A stretch of DNA of 64,000 bases from Haliotis rubra. Lineage: Eukaryota. A model generated the notes under the pieces. The model saw nothing but the letters and a program-made list of their open reading frames with translations. It was not told where the DNA came from and searched no databases. The stretch spans positions 682,001-746,000 of the forward strand of contig NW_025767457.1 of the NCBI RefSeq assembly GCF_003918875.1, read 5' to 3'. Of the stretch, positions 1-12,262 are shown in pieces. Every line of letters begins with the position of its first letter. The stretch's first letter is position 1. A program made the translations under genes and the position numbers.

Positions 1-37
1 GAAATAAGTCAGGAAAACATCATAACTCCCAACAAAT

Positions 38-293
38 TACCTACTGGCGAAGCTAAGTTCGACTGACCATCCATTTGCAGAACAACACGTCAAGGTCCAA
101 CGAGTCCTGGCAATAAGTACGCTCGGAACCGCTGAGCCATATAAGTGGAATTTGGAGAAGATAAGCCATCCCCAAACTGGGAGAACTGATTGCATTCGGG
201 AGTAAACAGAAATTTGTTTACTAAGTAGGGAAAACACGGATAGCAAACGAAGTATAATACTAGTATTGAGGATAAAGGTATCCAAATGCGACC
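38..293 (-). pseudogene. Possible pseudo-exon with a PA14-domain-like segment
   Basis: After ttcag|, one frame reads GRIWIPL...YPCFPY...FGDGLSSPNSTYMAQRFRAYLLPGLVGP*RVVLQMDGQSNL, with one in-frame TGA and a possible donor ag|gtaatt. Confidence 0.3.
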
Positions 294-908
294 CTGAATT
301 TAAGCTACCTCAGTGGCATAAACACTTACCGTCAGATATGTATAATTAGTAAGGAGATAAAAATGCCTTTAAATTTTTGAGAGATATCGTCTTCACAGAA
401 CTAAATAATCACTCTGCTGCATGAAACTCAAAGTTACTAAACAATTTAAACAGATTAACAAGCTTACATATGCATGGAAGATAACACACACATTATTCAA
501 CATGTGATACGAATGAAAAATAGAATGATAGAGAATAAAATTTACAGACCACAATTTCTACTGGGACAGACCATTAAGGTAATAAGGTATCTCTATAGAC
601 AGACCAATAACGTAATAAGGTTTTAACGACCCGCTGTCGACAAACGTCTGTATGCACAGTCGGACAATGTATGTAAGAATACGCATCTGTGCCTAGGTGG
701 CGACAGAGCGTGGACATTGAAGCGGGACAACTTCGCTCGGGTAGTCATTTGCTTCTAAATAAACCTTAGACATTGCCCTGAATCTGCAATTTAATTAGCA
801 TACGTAATATGTCCATCGTGATAAGGTGCAGCGTTTGCATTTCCGCACTTGTAATAGCCATAAACACACAAAAACACACTACAATACAAAAACACACACG
901 CATGCATG

Positions 909-1065
909 CACACACATGACAATATAGATAACAAAACAAACATTTCCGTAATCATAAGAAATCATACTTAAAACAACTTGCTCTTCCAAAATCACACACA
1001 TGACAATATAGATAACAAAACAAACATTTCCGTAATCATAAGAAATCATACTTAAAACAACTTGC
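909..1065. repeat. Tandem duplication, period 84 bp
   Basis: cacacacatgacaatatagata...aaaacaacttgc at 909 and 993. Confidence 0.95.
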
Positions 1066-3849
1066 ACCGTCAAAATCATGACTATTGTGTTATGAATCAA
1101 TGCCAACCACCGCTGATACCAGGTCTTCGCGAAAACGTGCGTGCATCCTGCCCTCTGAGGCCCAATCCTTCACAACAAATGTAAACGCAAATCAATTGTT
1201 CCTTTGGAAAACAAAACAACCAAAACCACGGTTGCATGTGTAGTCAACACAGGGAGTTGCACCGGACATCACAATTGTCCCTGATGCGTGAACATGTCTT
1301 CACAATACTTATTGAAAGCATTTTACGAGCAATTGCACGCAATGTCACCGATAAACTAGTATTGTGTTGTTTCATCTCACAACTGACAGTCCCAACACTG
1401 GCTATTTGTGGCAATGTTGTATTGAACTAAAACACTATGTATTGTTTTCTATTCTGTTATGTATTGCTTTTGTATAGCAAAAGTATGCGGCAGAATGGTA
1501 TACACCTCGATTTGATCATGTACTAAAATTATTTCAATGCATAAAACCTATGCTGATTTGGGATAAATCACCAAAGTATGCAGTCAGTCAAATGCAGTGC
1601 ATTTAAAACAGTTATTGTACTTCTCAATGAATTGAAAATAAATCAACCAACCAACCAGGTTACCAACCAATCAGCCAAACCAACCTCGAACCAACCAACC
1701 TTTTACTTGAAAATGAACTCCAAACGAAAACAGTGTGGTATGGAGCGTTATCGCTGCTGTTACCACATGTGATACCTACCACTATATATGAACTCCCGAT
1801 GGCTGCACTCTCAACCGTGAAGGATCCATATCAAATCTCATTTGTGTTGAGACAGGCATATTTTAAGCCTCTCTCAAGGGCACGAGTGACTTACATGGCT
1901 TGGATCACGACGATACAGGTTCAACGTCAACAAACAGCATGAGGGTAAGGCTCACGTATATCTCTGATATTTTCCCAGACCATGACGGTCAGGCACTAGG
2001 TAAACCTATGACACAGCACTGAAAATGACACTGGTAAAATATCAAGCGGCCTCTTTGCTATGCTTTGAACTTGTTTCTGTGCTTCTGAACACTCTTCGTT
2101 CCATGGTTATGTAAATGCCAAACGTTTCAGTCGTAATTCATTCTGTGTTTGGTGTAAGGAAAAAGCATTTCAAGTTAATGGACTGTACAATAATTACATC
2201 AGTGGTATTGCTGCACCAGAAAAGACAATACACGCATAGTGCAGAAAAATGGAAGTGCAACAAGTCCGTGGAAGCATAGAGGGTCCATTAGAGAAATAAT
2301 ACTCTCGAGTATAATCAATCACTCTTGAAAATTAGGACAATTTGATTTTTGGCCCTAATGTTGTTTCAGCTTCTACACACAGTGGTTTGAGAGCTACAGA
2401 ACCGGTACGGGAACCCAGTTAATGCCAAGTTAGTATCATAATAAAACGCACTTATATTATGACCTGAAGTAGCACAACTAGGCAGACCCGAATGTGAGGC
2501 GTTAAAAAGTGGCATTTTTTAGGTTGTGTTTTTTTAATGTTTCTATTTTTCTGCTGGCAAATCAAGATCCAAGCAATTGTTATGAATTGAAAAACACGCT
2601 ACTAGTGGGAGACACTGTACTTTAAAAAATGGGATCACTTTCTGACAGTAAAATAAAAGAACCTGACTTCAGGTCCATCATTACATCGATTTCATAATCG
2701 GACAAAAAGGAGGTACATAAATCAACAGACATCGCAATTCGTTCTTCTGAATTGTTTTTAGTTGATGTGTGACTTATCACATGCTAGTGTTCGTCATCTG
2801 ATACATAGTTATCTGAAGCTCGCCTGATATCTGGGTATGATTGAAGAAGTATTGTGTGTGCGCTAAGTGTTCTTATAGTCTTCATGTCCACCAAATAGCC
2901 AATCTTGCAGAGACAAAACCTCTGGCATGCAGTTGCAGATGATTTTGATTTGAATGTGATTTGTGTACGATGTTTGTCCTTGCCTCGTTTTACAAATCAG
3001 AGATATGTATTTTTGTATGTTAAGAGAATTTGGACATACATATTTACAATGACATTAGCTGCCAATATACCAATAAACCTATATTGCCGTCTCGTATTAC
3101 TGTAAGGTATTATGAACGTAGATATATTACCAAGATGGTGCAGAACCATGGTGCTATACATAACGGTAGCATCAAATGCGATACTGTTTCAGCCGTTGAC
3201 ATTCTCTAGATAATACCGAGGATTTGCGGAGCCATAAAGGCGTTGTTTTAGTTTGAAGGGAAATACCATGTACCTATATGGACATGTTTCACTTTTCAAC
3301 ATTCTCTATTATCTAATCAGAACCAAATCTTATTCTATACATATTCAGTTGTAACTTAAAACGTCTTTAGGTTTCAATCTGTGTTACGTGTGTGTCGCAA
3401 ATGCAAGATCGATTCGAAAACGTATTCGTACCAGTACCGGTTATGGGAATAAGGACTTGTTTCGTTGACATTATCTTTATAATGACAAGGTGTGTTCTAT
3501 GCATATTTTAGTTGTTGCCTCTATTCCACATATTTTGAGTTCTTTGAGAGGCATTTTAGAAGTTGTTAAGATGAAGGAAAACTAACTTCTATGGATAGTC
3601 AACTTCTTTATTGCAATGAGTACGACGTTTCGGTGTAGGTACTTAGTTTCCCCCCATATATAAACTAAAGTGCTGCCATTGCCTGGTGTGACGAACAGTC
3701 AATGGTAGGTAGTCGAGTTTTCCAGGATGATTTTGTATTGGAGTATACGCGTGTAATCATTTATAACTTTTTTGTTTTGTTTTTGTTGTTTATTATTGTT
3801 GTTATTTTTCTACCCAAACATAACTATTTATATTGTTTCTTTGTCTGTT

Positions 3850-3970
3850 TGCGTAGCACCGCACACAACAATATTCCAGCTGTATGACGGTAACCTGTAA
3901 ATAATTGCGTCTGGACCAGACAATCCAGTGATTGACATCATGAGCATCGCTCAACACAGTCGGGATAGAT
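3850..3970 (-). mobile_element. Degenerate fragment of the GACCCGTGAAG-family SINE (paralog at about 32595-32780)
   Basis: caatattccagctgtatgacgg...tctggaccagacaatccagtgattgacatcatgagcatcg. Confidence 0.7.
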
Positions 3971-4559
3971 CGCAAGTGGAATCAACGAATAGCTTCCAAC
4001 ATGATTCACGAATCAAGCACAGATAGACGGCATTATTAAGGACATTCAATAAAAACAATATCCTGAACAGTCGTGAATGCATTGACATTATTTCAAGGAC
4101 CTGTTACCTATTGTTGCTACTACATATTGACCCCTTGTATATTTATTGATTATATATGGTCTTGTGGGTGGTGATTTCGCAAGTTACTTCTGTTCTAATT
4201 TGAAAGTAAGCTCGCAACAGTATTTGGTAGACATGCTAAGCTTGAAGGAGCTTGGGCAACGTCAAGATTTTATCTCGACATGCAGACAATATTGGACGAG
4301 AGCCCGAGAAGAAGCCGGTGCTACCACAGATCGGTGAAAAGCACCAAGAATGGGTTAGATGAATGCACACCTGCTGGTATAAACAGGTACACAGTTTGAA
4401 TTCACCGATGTTCATGGCCGCCTGAATACTCAGGTTTGCTTGATGATTTCACCCATTTCCGTTGAAAAAGTAACAATACTGAAGCTTGAAACAAAGGTCA
4501 TTAAAATTTGAATTCCTGAGAAGTCCAACTGTTGTAAACATTTTGTAACCCGTGCTGCT

Positions 4560-4900
4560 GAATGCTGGTACAAGAAGTGGGTAATTACAATCTGTTCATA
4601 AATACATTTAAGAAAAGATTGAGATATGTGCTTACACAAGATTGGTTTGCATTACTTTCTAAGTCCCCCACATTACAATTATAGAGCGATTATAAATCCT
4701 CATTAAGGTGTGAGAAATACTTGTATTTTTACCAGCTCCAAATTGGAGAAAAGCCCTTAAAAATACATTAAGAATTCTCACATACAGACACTCTGGCGCA
4801 CTAGAGTTTACAGATGGTAAGTTTAATTTGTGTTCTGAAGGATTTGATGATGAATACTGTGTGTTTTATATATGAAGGCTTTTAGCGATATACGTTCATG
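4560..4900 (+). mobile_element. 3' ORF2 fragment of a CR1/L2-group LINE (paralog about 33275-33520)
   Basis: FINTFKKRLRYVLTQDW...SPTLQL.SDYKSSLRCEKYL; paralog YSNYKSTLLPEKY...WRRALTTFRS. Confidence 0.65.
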
Positions 4901-6090
4901 ATATATACATGTACATGTATACGATTAAAAATATCTAACCATGTGTCCGTCTATATCACCTGCTCACAGCTTTAATAACGTCATTGTGTACATTATGCAT
5001 TCTTTGTGTGGCTTTCTTGTGAAAAGAAGTTCAACTTGAGATAATCAAACGTGAAATGGGATAGTCTATTTACAACTTGAACTCAAACTGTCTGATCATT
5101 TGTAGTATGAGGCTTGTGGCCAGAATATACGCCATAAATTCTGTTTTCTTCTGTTCCAATGCTGCTGAATCGTGTGATAACGACAAACAAGTGCCGATTC
5201 GAAGCTGCTGATTCATTATGTCGCAGTTGATGACATCAACGGTCCTTCAGGATGCACTGCCTGCAATTTAAAACAAACCATATTCTTTTGGAAAGATAGA
5301 CTAATAAAACAAAGCAAGAAGAACAAATTAATATTCGCAACAACTCTCTCCCTGTATCACGCATAACACCGTTTGTCATATATTATTTATGATTGCATAT
5401 CTGGGAAACACCACTTTTGTCAGTTGGGTGCCAACAATTCCCCTGTATCATATGAGCAAAACAACTTAGATTGCCTGAAGTACGTATCCCGCCGATGATG
5501 TAATACACAGAGTACAGAGTATGATATATGTATAGAAGGACTTTAAATTATTGCATTTCCTGCCTTCCTCTCTCGTGACACGAAACAATCATTTCCTGTA
5601 GGGCCGAGGGTATTTTTGCCGTACTCACGGACACCTGGTGTCATAGTTGCAATGTTATACTTGTTGACGAGGGTATTCTGTGTTCTGTTTTATATGATGT
5701 CGTAAATCGATGTGTAGGGATGAGTCACTCACAAAGAAAAAAAAAGAATCAAACCATTAATCAGAGATATGGCAATCTCAATCAATTTTTCTTTATTTTT
5801 ATATGACAATATGAAAGTTCTACATTGTCCAGCAGGAGTTACATATTCGCACACTTTCTACGTTCCACTGCATGGAATATGTGCATATACAGAGTGCTAT
5901 TATACCATGTCATGATTATTGTAATCTTAATACATGCGTACCTTTGTATATCCGTGAAAGCAGTTATGAGAATGGGTTACTTTTGTTAGAAGAGTCCCAT
6001 TCGGCCTTTGATGAGTATGACCTTAAACATATTTAGCTCTTATTCATTCGAACATCTTTGTCTCCCCCCGAGATCGTCATACAAAATTAC

Positions 6091-6219
6091 GTGCGGTAGG
6101 GTGGAAGAAGGCCCGGGTTCGATTCGCCACAGGAATACAATGTGTGAAGCCCATGTCTGTTGTTCCACGCCTCGACATTGATGGAATATTGCTAAAGGCG
6201 GCGTAAAACTAAACTCACT
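6091..6219 (+). mobile_element. Degenerate tRNA-derived SINE (paralog 34520-34655)
   Basis: ccgggttcgattc...gaatattgctaaaggcggcgtaaaactaaactcactc; TSD catacaaaatt. Confidence 0.75.
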
Positions 6220-6244
6220 CATACAAAATTGCGTTAAGATGGAA

Positions 6245-6483
6245 ACCCTGCCTGGCGCTCGTCATTAACGGTATGAACCGGTGACGGACCGGCTCATGAT
6301 CAGTGCACTCTGTCCGCGAAGGATGCCCATGTTAAAATGATGCGGCATAGGCTCTCAGTGGTCTTGCACTATACACCGGTATTAGTCCGGATTACTACAA
6401 ACAGCTTCGCAAACACGTAAATGAACGTCACTGTGTGACTGAAATAATCTTAAACGCAACGTTGAACCCCATATCATCTCACC
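6245..6483 (+). mobile_element. Degenerate V-SINE-like fragment (paralog about 34690-34918)
   Basis: ccctgcctggcgctc...ctctcagtggtcttgcactata...cgttgaacccc, similar to 19704-20061. Confidence 0.6.
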
Positions 6484-7552
6484 CCATCACTAAAATCATT
6501 GTAAAATGGCCACACACATAAATAGATTTTATCAAGCGAGAGTGTTTGGTGATGATCAATATCACGTAATAGGAATAAACATTGTGATTTGAGCTCCTTG
6601 GCGAGATGAATACATAACGTATTTTTCTAATACAGGATATTGACCATTCCCAAATATACACACGTGATAATCTCTTTATCGTGAATCGTAATTTCTAAAT
6701 TCTATCTTCGAAAAAAAATATTCTCATCTCTTACAAACGGTGTTTGAACATGTGAATTCTTCCTGGAATATCCGAATTTACGCTTTAGTCACATGCTCAG
6801 TGATTTGTCATTCAGGCAGTGACAACAGACCACCATTGGAACTTATATTTTGCAGTTGCTTAACTACCACGTAGGCAAAAAGACATAATATTTCAAGACA
6901 CTGTTTTGAGTTTGAGCACAAATATATCTTTGTTAGTGAAGTATTTTTTCATGGCAATGCATGCTCCACCCGATGGAATAGTGAGTGAGTGAGTTAAAGT
7001 TTAAAGTCACTTTGGCAATATTTCAGCCATATCGTGACTAAAACAACATATAGATTAACAATAATTAAAGATAGAGTATAAATTCCTGTCAACGAAGGAC
7101 ATTAAAACAACTAAAATATCACAGATACAAATGTAAAACTAGTAATTAAATCTAAAACATTTAACTATAGAGGACAACACAATATACAACTAGGCTTTAG
7201 ATCACCAACAACTGAAGGTAGATCACCATACTAGGGACCATGGGGACTTACAGTACCTTTGCTACCTGCATGGACCCTAGTTGGATTTACAACATCCCTT
7301 CAGCTGTTGGCGACTGTACGAATTGTTAGCCAAAATTAAAATAACAAGAATACTACATTTCAAATCCTGGTAAGTTTAAATTTCCATTGAAAGTTTTGGG
7401 ACTTACGTACCCTCTCAGGAGGACAATAATTTTACGATACTTCAACCCCCCTGTAAGGGTACAGCCACTGATAATCTAAGTTACTAATCCAAACTACCAA
7501 AAATAATATATATATCTATTTACAACTATTCATCAAAATTATTCTAATAATT

Positions 7553-10500
7553 CTAATAATTCTCTAAAAAATTCAATAATTCAATAAAAACTAACAGTAC
7601 TAAAAAGATCCTTAACAGTTTTAACATTGAAATACTAGACCGTGATTCGTTCATCACAAGGGATGCAAAACGGAGGATCTTCGCCTTTTTACAAATATTC
7701 ATGAGTATACCTTGTATGGCCAATGCGACATCTTCGCATGATGACCTCTTCAAATCTGTACTGATAACCCAAGTAAGTGTAACCAATATAGGGTTTTATT
7801 TCATGTAATTTGTTAATACCTACTTGGGTGTCCCACTTCTTTTGCGTCAGATCACGGATGTAGGTTCTAATGCTAGCTTTGTAATCAGAGTATGGAATAA
7901 GAAGTGGTGTCACAGATTTATTGAGTGCTGCCTTGGCAGCAAGATCGGCCATTGTGTTCCTAGGAATGCCAACGTGGCTGGGTAACCAACAAAAGACGAT
8001 GTCGTATTGGTCAGTAGCAAGATCATTAAATAATTCAACAATCTGAATTAAAAGTGGATGTTTTAAAGAACGATTTTTAATAGCCTGTAGGCAAGAAAGA
8101 GAATCTGAAGAGATTATATATTGTTTGTATTTAGGGTGTTTTTCAATATATTTTAAGGCTGTTAATATGGCGTTTGCTTCAGCTATAAAAATAGAGCTGT
8201 TATCTGGTAATCGAGAAGATATTGTTCTGGATCCAATGACAGTGACACAAGCCACTGCGCCACCATCATTGGACCCATCTGTAAATAAGGATTTATATGT
8301 ATTATATTTATTTCTCAATTGACTAAGTTCTTGTTTATACTGTAACTCATTAGTTTCTGATTTTTAAAATGTGATTAATGTTACGTCAACTGCTGGTCTC
8401 AACAATTGCCAAGGAGGAGAAGAAAGAAGACGAGAAGGCGATATATTCTCCAGCTCAATGCCGGCAGCAGAAATGAATGGTTTAATTCTGTGTCCATGAG
8501 GCGGAACAAGAGAAGACTTTGTGTTATACAAATCATTATAAAGAGGATTGAAGACACAGTTAAATGCAGGGTTAGACACGTTAGAATATAGTTTGGTAAT
8601 ATATTGTAAAGATAATTTTATACGGCGTTGGGTAAGAGAAGACTCATCGGCCTCGACGTAGAGACTATCACCTGGAGAAGTTCTAAATTATCCAAGACAA
8701 AGTGTTAGGCCTTGGTGGTGAACAGAATCAAGTAGTTTAAGGTTGCTTTTGCAGGCTCCACCATATACGATCGAGCCATAATAAAGTTTAGATCGCACTA
8801 ATGATCTATATAAGTGAAGGAGGATATATTTGATCCCCTCCCCACTTTGAATTGGAGACAACCTTTAACAAATCGAGTGCCTTCAGGCATTTAGCTTTAA
8901 GGGATTTAATATGTGGCATCAATGTTAAATGGGAATCGAAAATTAGGCCCAAGAATTTTGCCTCCTTTACAACTTTGATGGGAGTGCCATTTAAAGATAG
9001 TTCTGGGTCCTTATGAGGCTTAGATTTTCTACAAAAATGTATACAATTAGTTTTTGATTTAGAAAACTTAAAGCCGTTTTCAAGACACCATTTATTTATT
9101 TTGTTTAAACATAACTGCAGTTGCCGTTCAATAGTATGCATATTTTTACCACGACAAGAAATATTGAAATCATCCACAAATAATGATCCGTCAATTGAAT
9201 CATTTAAAACCGTTCATAAACTATTGATCTTGATGCTAAACAGTGTGACAGACAAAATACTGCCTTGTGGGACACCCTGATCCTGATTGTAATGATCAGA
9301 CAGGGTGAACCCACTTGGACTTAATTGCCTGTCTTTTAAAACTGTGATATAAATAGAGGCAAACGGCCTCTCAAACCAAAATCATGTAAATCCTTCAAAA
9401 TGCCATGCTTCCAGGCCGTATCATAAGCTTTCTCAAGATCAAAGAAAATTGATACAGCATGTTGTTTATTTACTATAGCATTTTTAACAAAGGATTCTAA
9501 ACATACCAAATGATCAATTGTACTACGATTTTTCCTGAAACCACATTGAATATTTGTTATAAGGTTATTGGTTTCAAGATACCAAGTTAATCTATTATTC
9601 ACCATACGTTCCATGGTTTTACAGACACAGCTAGTTAGAGATATCGGTCTGTAATTAGACGGATCTGTATGATCCCTGCCATGTTTTGGTATTGGGACTA
9701 CAATGGTATTACGCCACGAAGGAGGAAATTCTCCAGACGTCCATATTTGGTCAAATATATCTAAAAGTGTCATCACACATGGTTCAGGTAAGTGTTTCAG
9801 TAGCTGGTAATGTATATTATCATCATCCGCTGCAGTGTCATGAGCTTGCTCAAGAGCAGTGTGTAGCTCATGTAATGAAAACACTTCGTTATAATCTTCA
9901 CCGTTATTTGATTCGAAATTAAGTTTTGTCTTTTCCTGTTGTTTCTGATATCTCTGAAACGTTTGTCGTTTGTTTTGTTTAAAGGTATGACGCGCCTTTG
10001 CATTGAGTATTTTAAATTTATTTAAGTTATGGACAGTTTGATGATGGCGGAAATAACGCTCTGCCTTTTACCTCGCTTTTCTGGCTTGTCTACAATCTGT
10101 ATTAAACCATGGTTTTCGTACATGTGGAGTCGTAGAGGACTTTGGTATACACTCATCAGCTATCTGCTTTAAAACGTCAGCAAAAGTTTGAATGGGATCA
10201 GTTATATCACTGAAACATTCAGGTCGCAGTTTCGATGTACATATAGTTTAATATAAAGACCAGTTAGCCTTCGAAAAGTTCCATCTTGTATACGATGGAG
10301 AATCAGATGTAGTTATTTCTGAAAGGATAGTTGGGAAGTGGTCACTTCCACAAAGGTCATTATGAACAGACCAATCAAATTCATTCAGGAGGTTAAAAAT
10401 CTGCAAGAGACAAATCTAGAGAAGAATAAGTGCCAGTTGCAGGATGCAGATAGGTGCTTGAATCATCATTAAATATGCACAGGCCATTATTTGAAATGAA

Positions 10501-10966
10501 ATCTTCCAGTATTTTGCCTTTAGTATTAGTGTTAGTACTGCCCCAGAGTGGGTTGTGACCGTTTAGGTCACCCATAATAACACATGGCTTCTGGAGTTGA
10601 TCATAGAGTGATTGAAGATCAGTCAGCTGAAGGTTCGATGAAGGCGGAATATACAGAGAGCATAACGTAAATGCTACACCCAGAGTAAGTCTCACTGCAA
10701 CAGCTTGGAGATTAGTGTTAAGTGTAACAGGGCTGTGAATAACATCCTGCGTATAAGGATAGTAGAACCTCCAGTGGCTCTATCACCTGGAGGGGGAAAA
10801 TAATGATAGGTTTCAAACTGACGTAAGCTAACATTATCTGTCTGTTTCAGATACGTCTCTTGCAGACAGAACGCTGATGGTGTGAAATCCTGGATTAATA
10901 GTTGTATTTCATTAAAATTTGTCCGTAGTCCTCTACAGTTCCACTGCACGATATGTTAAGATAGAC
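7553..10966 (-). pseudogene. LINE copy 1 ORF2 (APE endonuclease, reverse transcriptase, RNase H), frameshifted, with an internal deletion near 9960
   Basis: ORF fragments 10692-10949, 10393-10695, 9336-9884, 8806-9177, 8364-8579 and 7689-8318 carry canonical motifs. Confidence 0.93.
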
Positions 10967-12262
10967 CTATCTTTTAGGCGGATTAATTGGGGATCTACCC
11001 CGTACCGTTTTCGAGGGCGACAAGCTATGTGCCCTAGAATGGACGTTTTCGGACACGTCCATGTCCTCAAGTGATCCGTATTTGTTAAATAATTTGATTA
11101 TCATCTGACCCTTTTGGGGCTCTGCCACTTTGTTTCTTCAAAGAATCTGGCGTCGGTTTGCCTTTGATTTTAACGATTTGTTGAACGTTTGACGTTGATT
11201 GAGACCTTTGAGTTGACTGAGAAGAAGTGTCACGGTCATAAGATGGTTCTGATTGGATTTGGGGCGTACCAGGAATTGGTTCTGCAGTTTGTGTAGATAT
11301 TGCAGGTGACAAAATCTGAGGAGTAGACATTGCAGGTGACAAAATCTTAGGAGAATCGGTTTTGATCCAGGTTAAATTCGTCTGACAGCTTACAGATGAT
11401 TTGGCTATTGGTGGAGTTGAATCAGACGATGTTTTGGCTATGGATGCATAGGCTTCCTTAATTTCAGATCGTAAGACAAGCTTTTTGGCATCAGTAAAAC
11501 TAATGTTTTGGTTGAAGTTGATCTTATTGATCTCCATCTGCTGTTTCCAGATCGGACAATCTTTGGAGAATGATGATTGATTGCCTGCACATTTGGTACA
11601 TTTCTTAAAGTCACTGTCACAATCTTCTGTGGTATGTGTCTTCTCACCACAGACAATGTGCAAGTACTAACACCATGACCAAACTTATGGTGTTTGAAAC
11701 ACATTAAAGTATTTGGTATGTAGGTGTCAACATTAATGTGACAATTTCCTGCCTTTACTGATCTGGGAGCATTTGGGGTGGAAAACGAAAACAGGTACGT
11801 GTTAGTCTGAATGGTTTCCTGGTTTTTACGTGTTGTAAAACGCATAACGTATGTGACCCCTTGATCTTTCATTTCTGAAACAATATCAAGTTCAGACATG
11901 TCGGCAAACAACCAATCTCTATCTCTGATGATTCCTTTACTGGTGTTCTATGAGGAGATACTGATACTGGAATGCCGACGAATGTTTCAGTAGTCATCAG
12001 GTTAGTTGCCTGTTGTCTTTTGCTGCACTCAACGAGTAATGCACCTGAACGTAAACGTTTGATATTTTTAACGTCACCGTCAATGCCTTGTATGGCTTTC
12101 TGTATTGGAAAAGGTATCAACTTTAATCTTGTGCTATATTGAGTCTCAATCACGAGAAAACGTGGCTAGTAATCGATGGATGTGGACAGTCGTTGGTCGT
12201 TACCATCTGGATCAGTGTCAAGTGGACGTGTTTTTTTTTTTAAGGGGGGTTTCGTATGCCAT
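10967..12262 (-). pseudogene. LINE copy 1 ORF1 (Gag-like nucleic-acid-binding protein with CCHC knuckles), frameshifted
   Basis: ORF fragments 11869-12153, 11438-11911 and 11085-11663 give PRFLVI..., KRLRSGALLVEC, YIPNTLMCFKHHKFGH, C..CAGN.SSFSKDCPIW. Confidence 0.85.

Noticed and set aside
879-1106. 75-aa ORF with an internal peptide repeat, or a CRISPR-like repeat
   Set aside because: It is a two-copy 84-bp tandem duplication with no unique spacers, in a eukaryotic context.
3570-3650. Possible minimal hammerhead ribozyme of a Penelope-like element (minus strand ...acaccGAAACgtcgt...aataaagaagttg)
   Set aside because: Only the GAAAC half is present. The CUGANGA core and stem II partner are missing, so at most this is a truncated relic.
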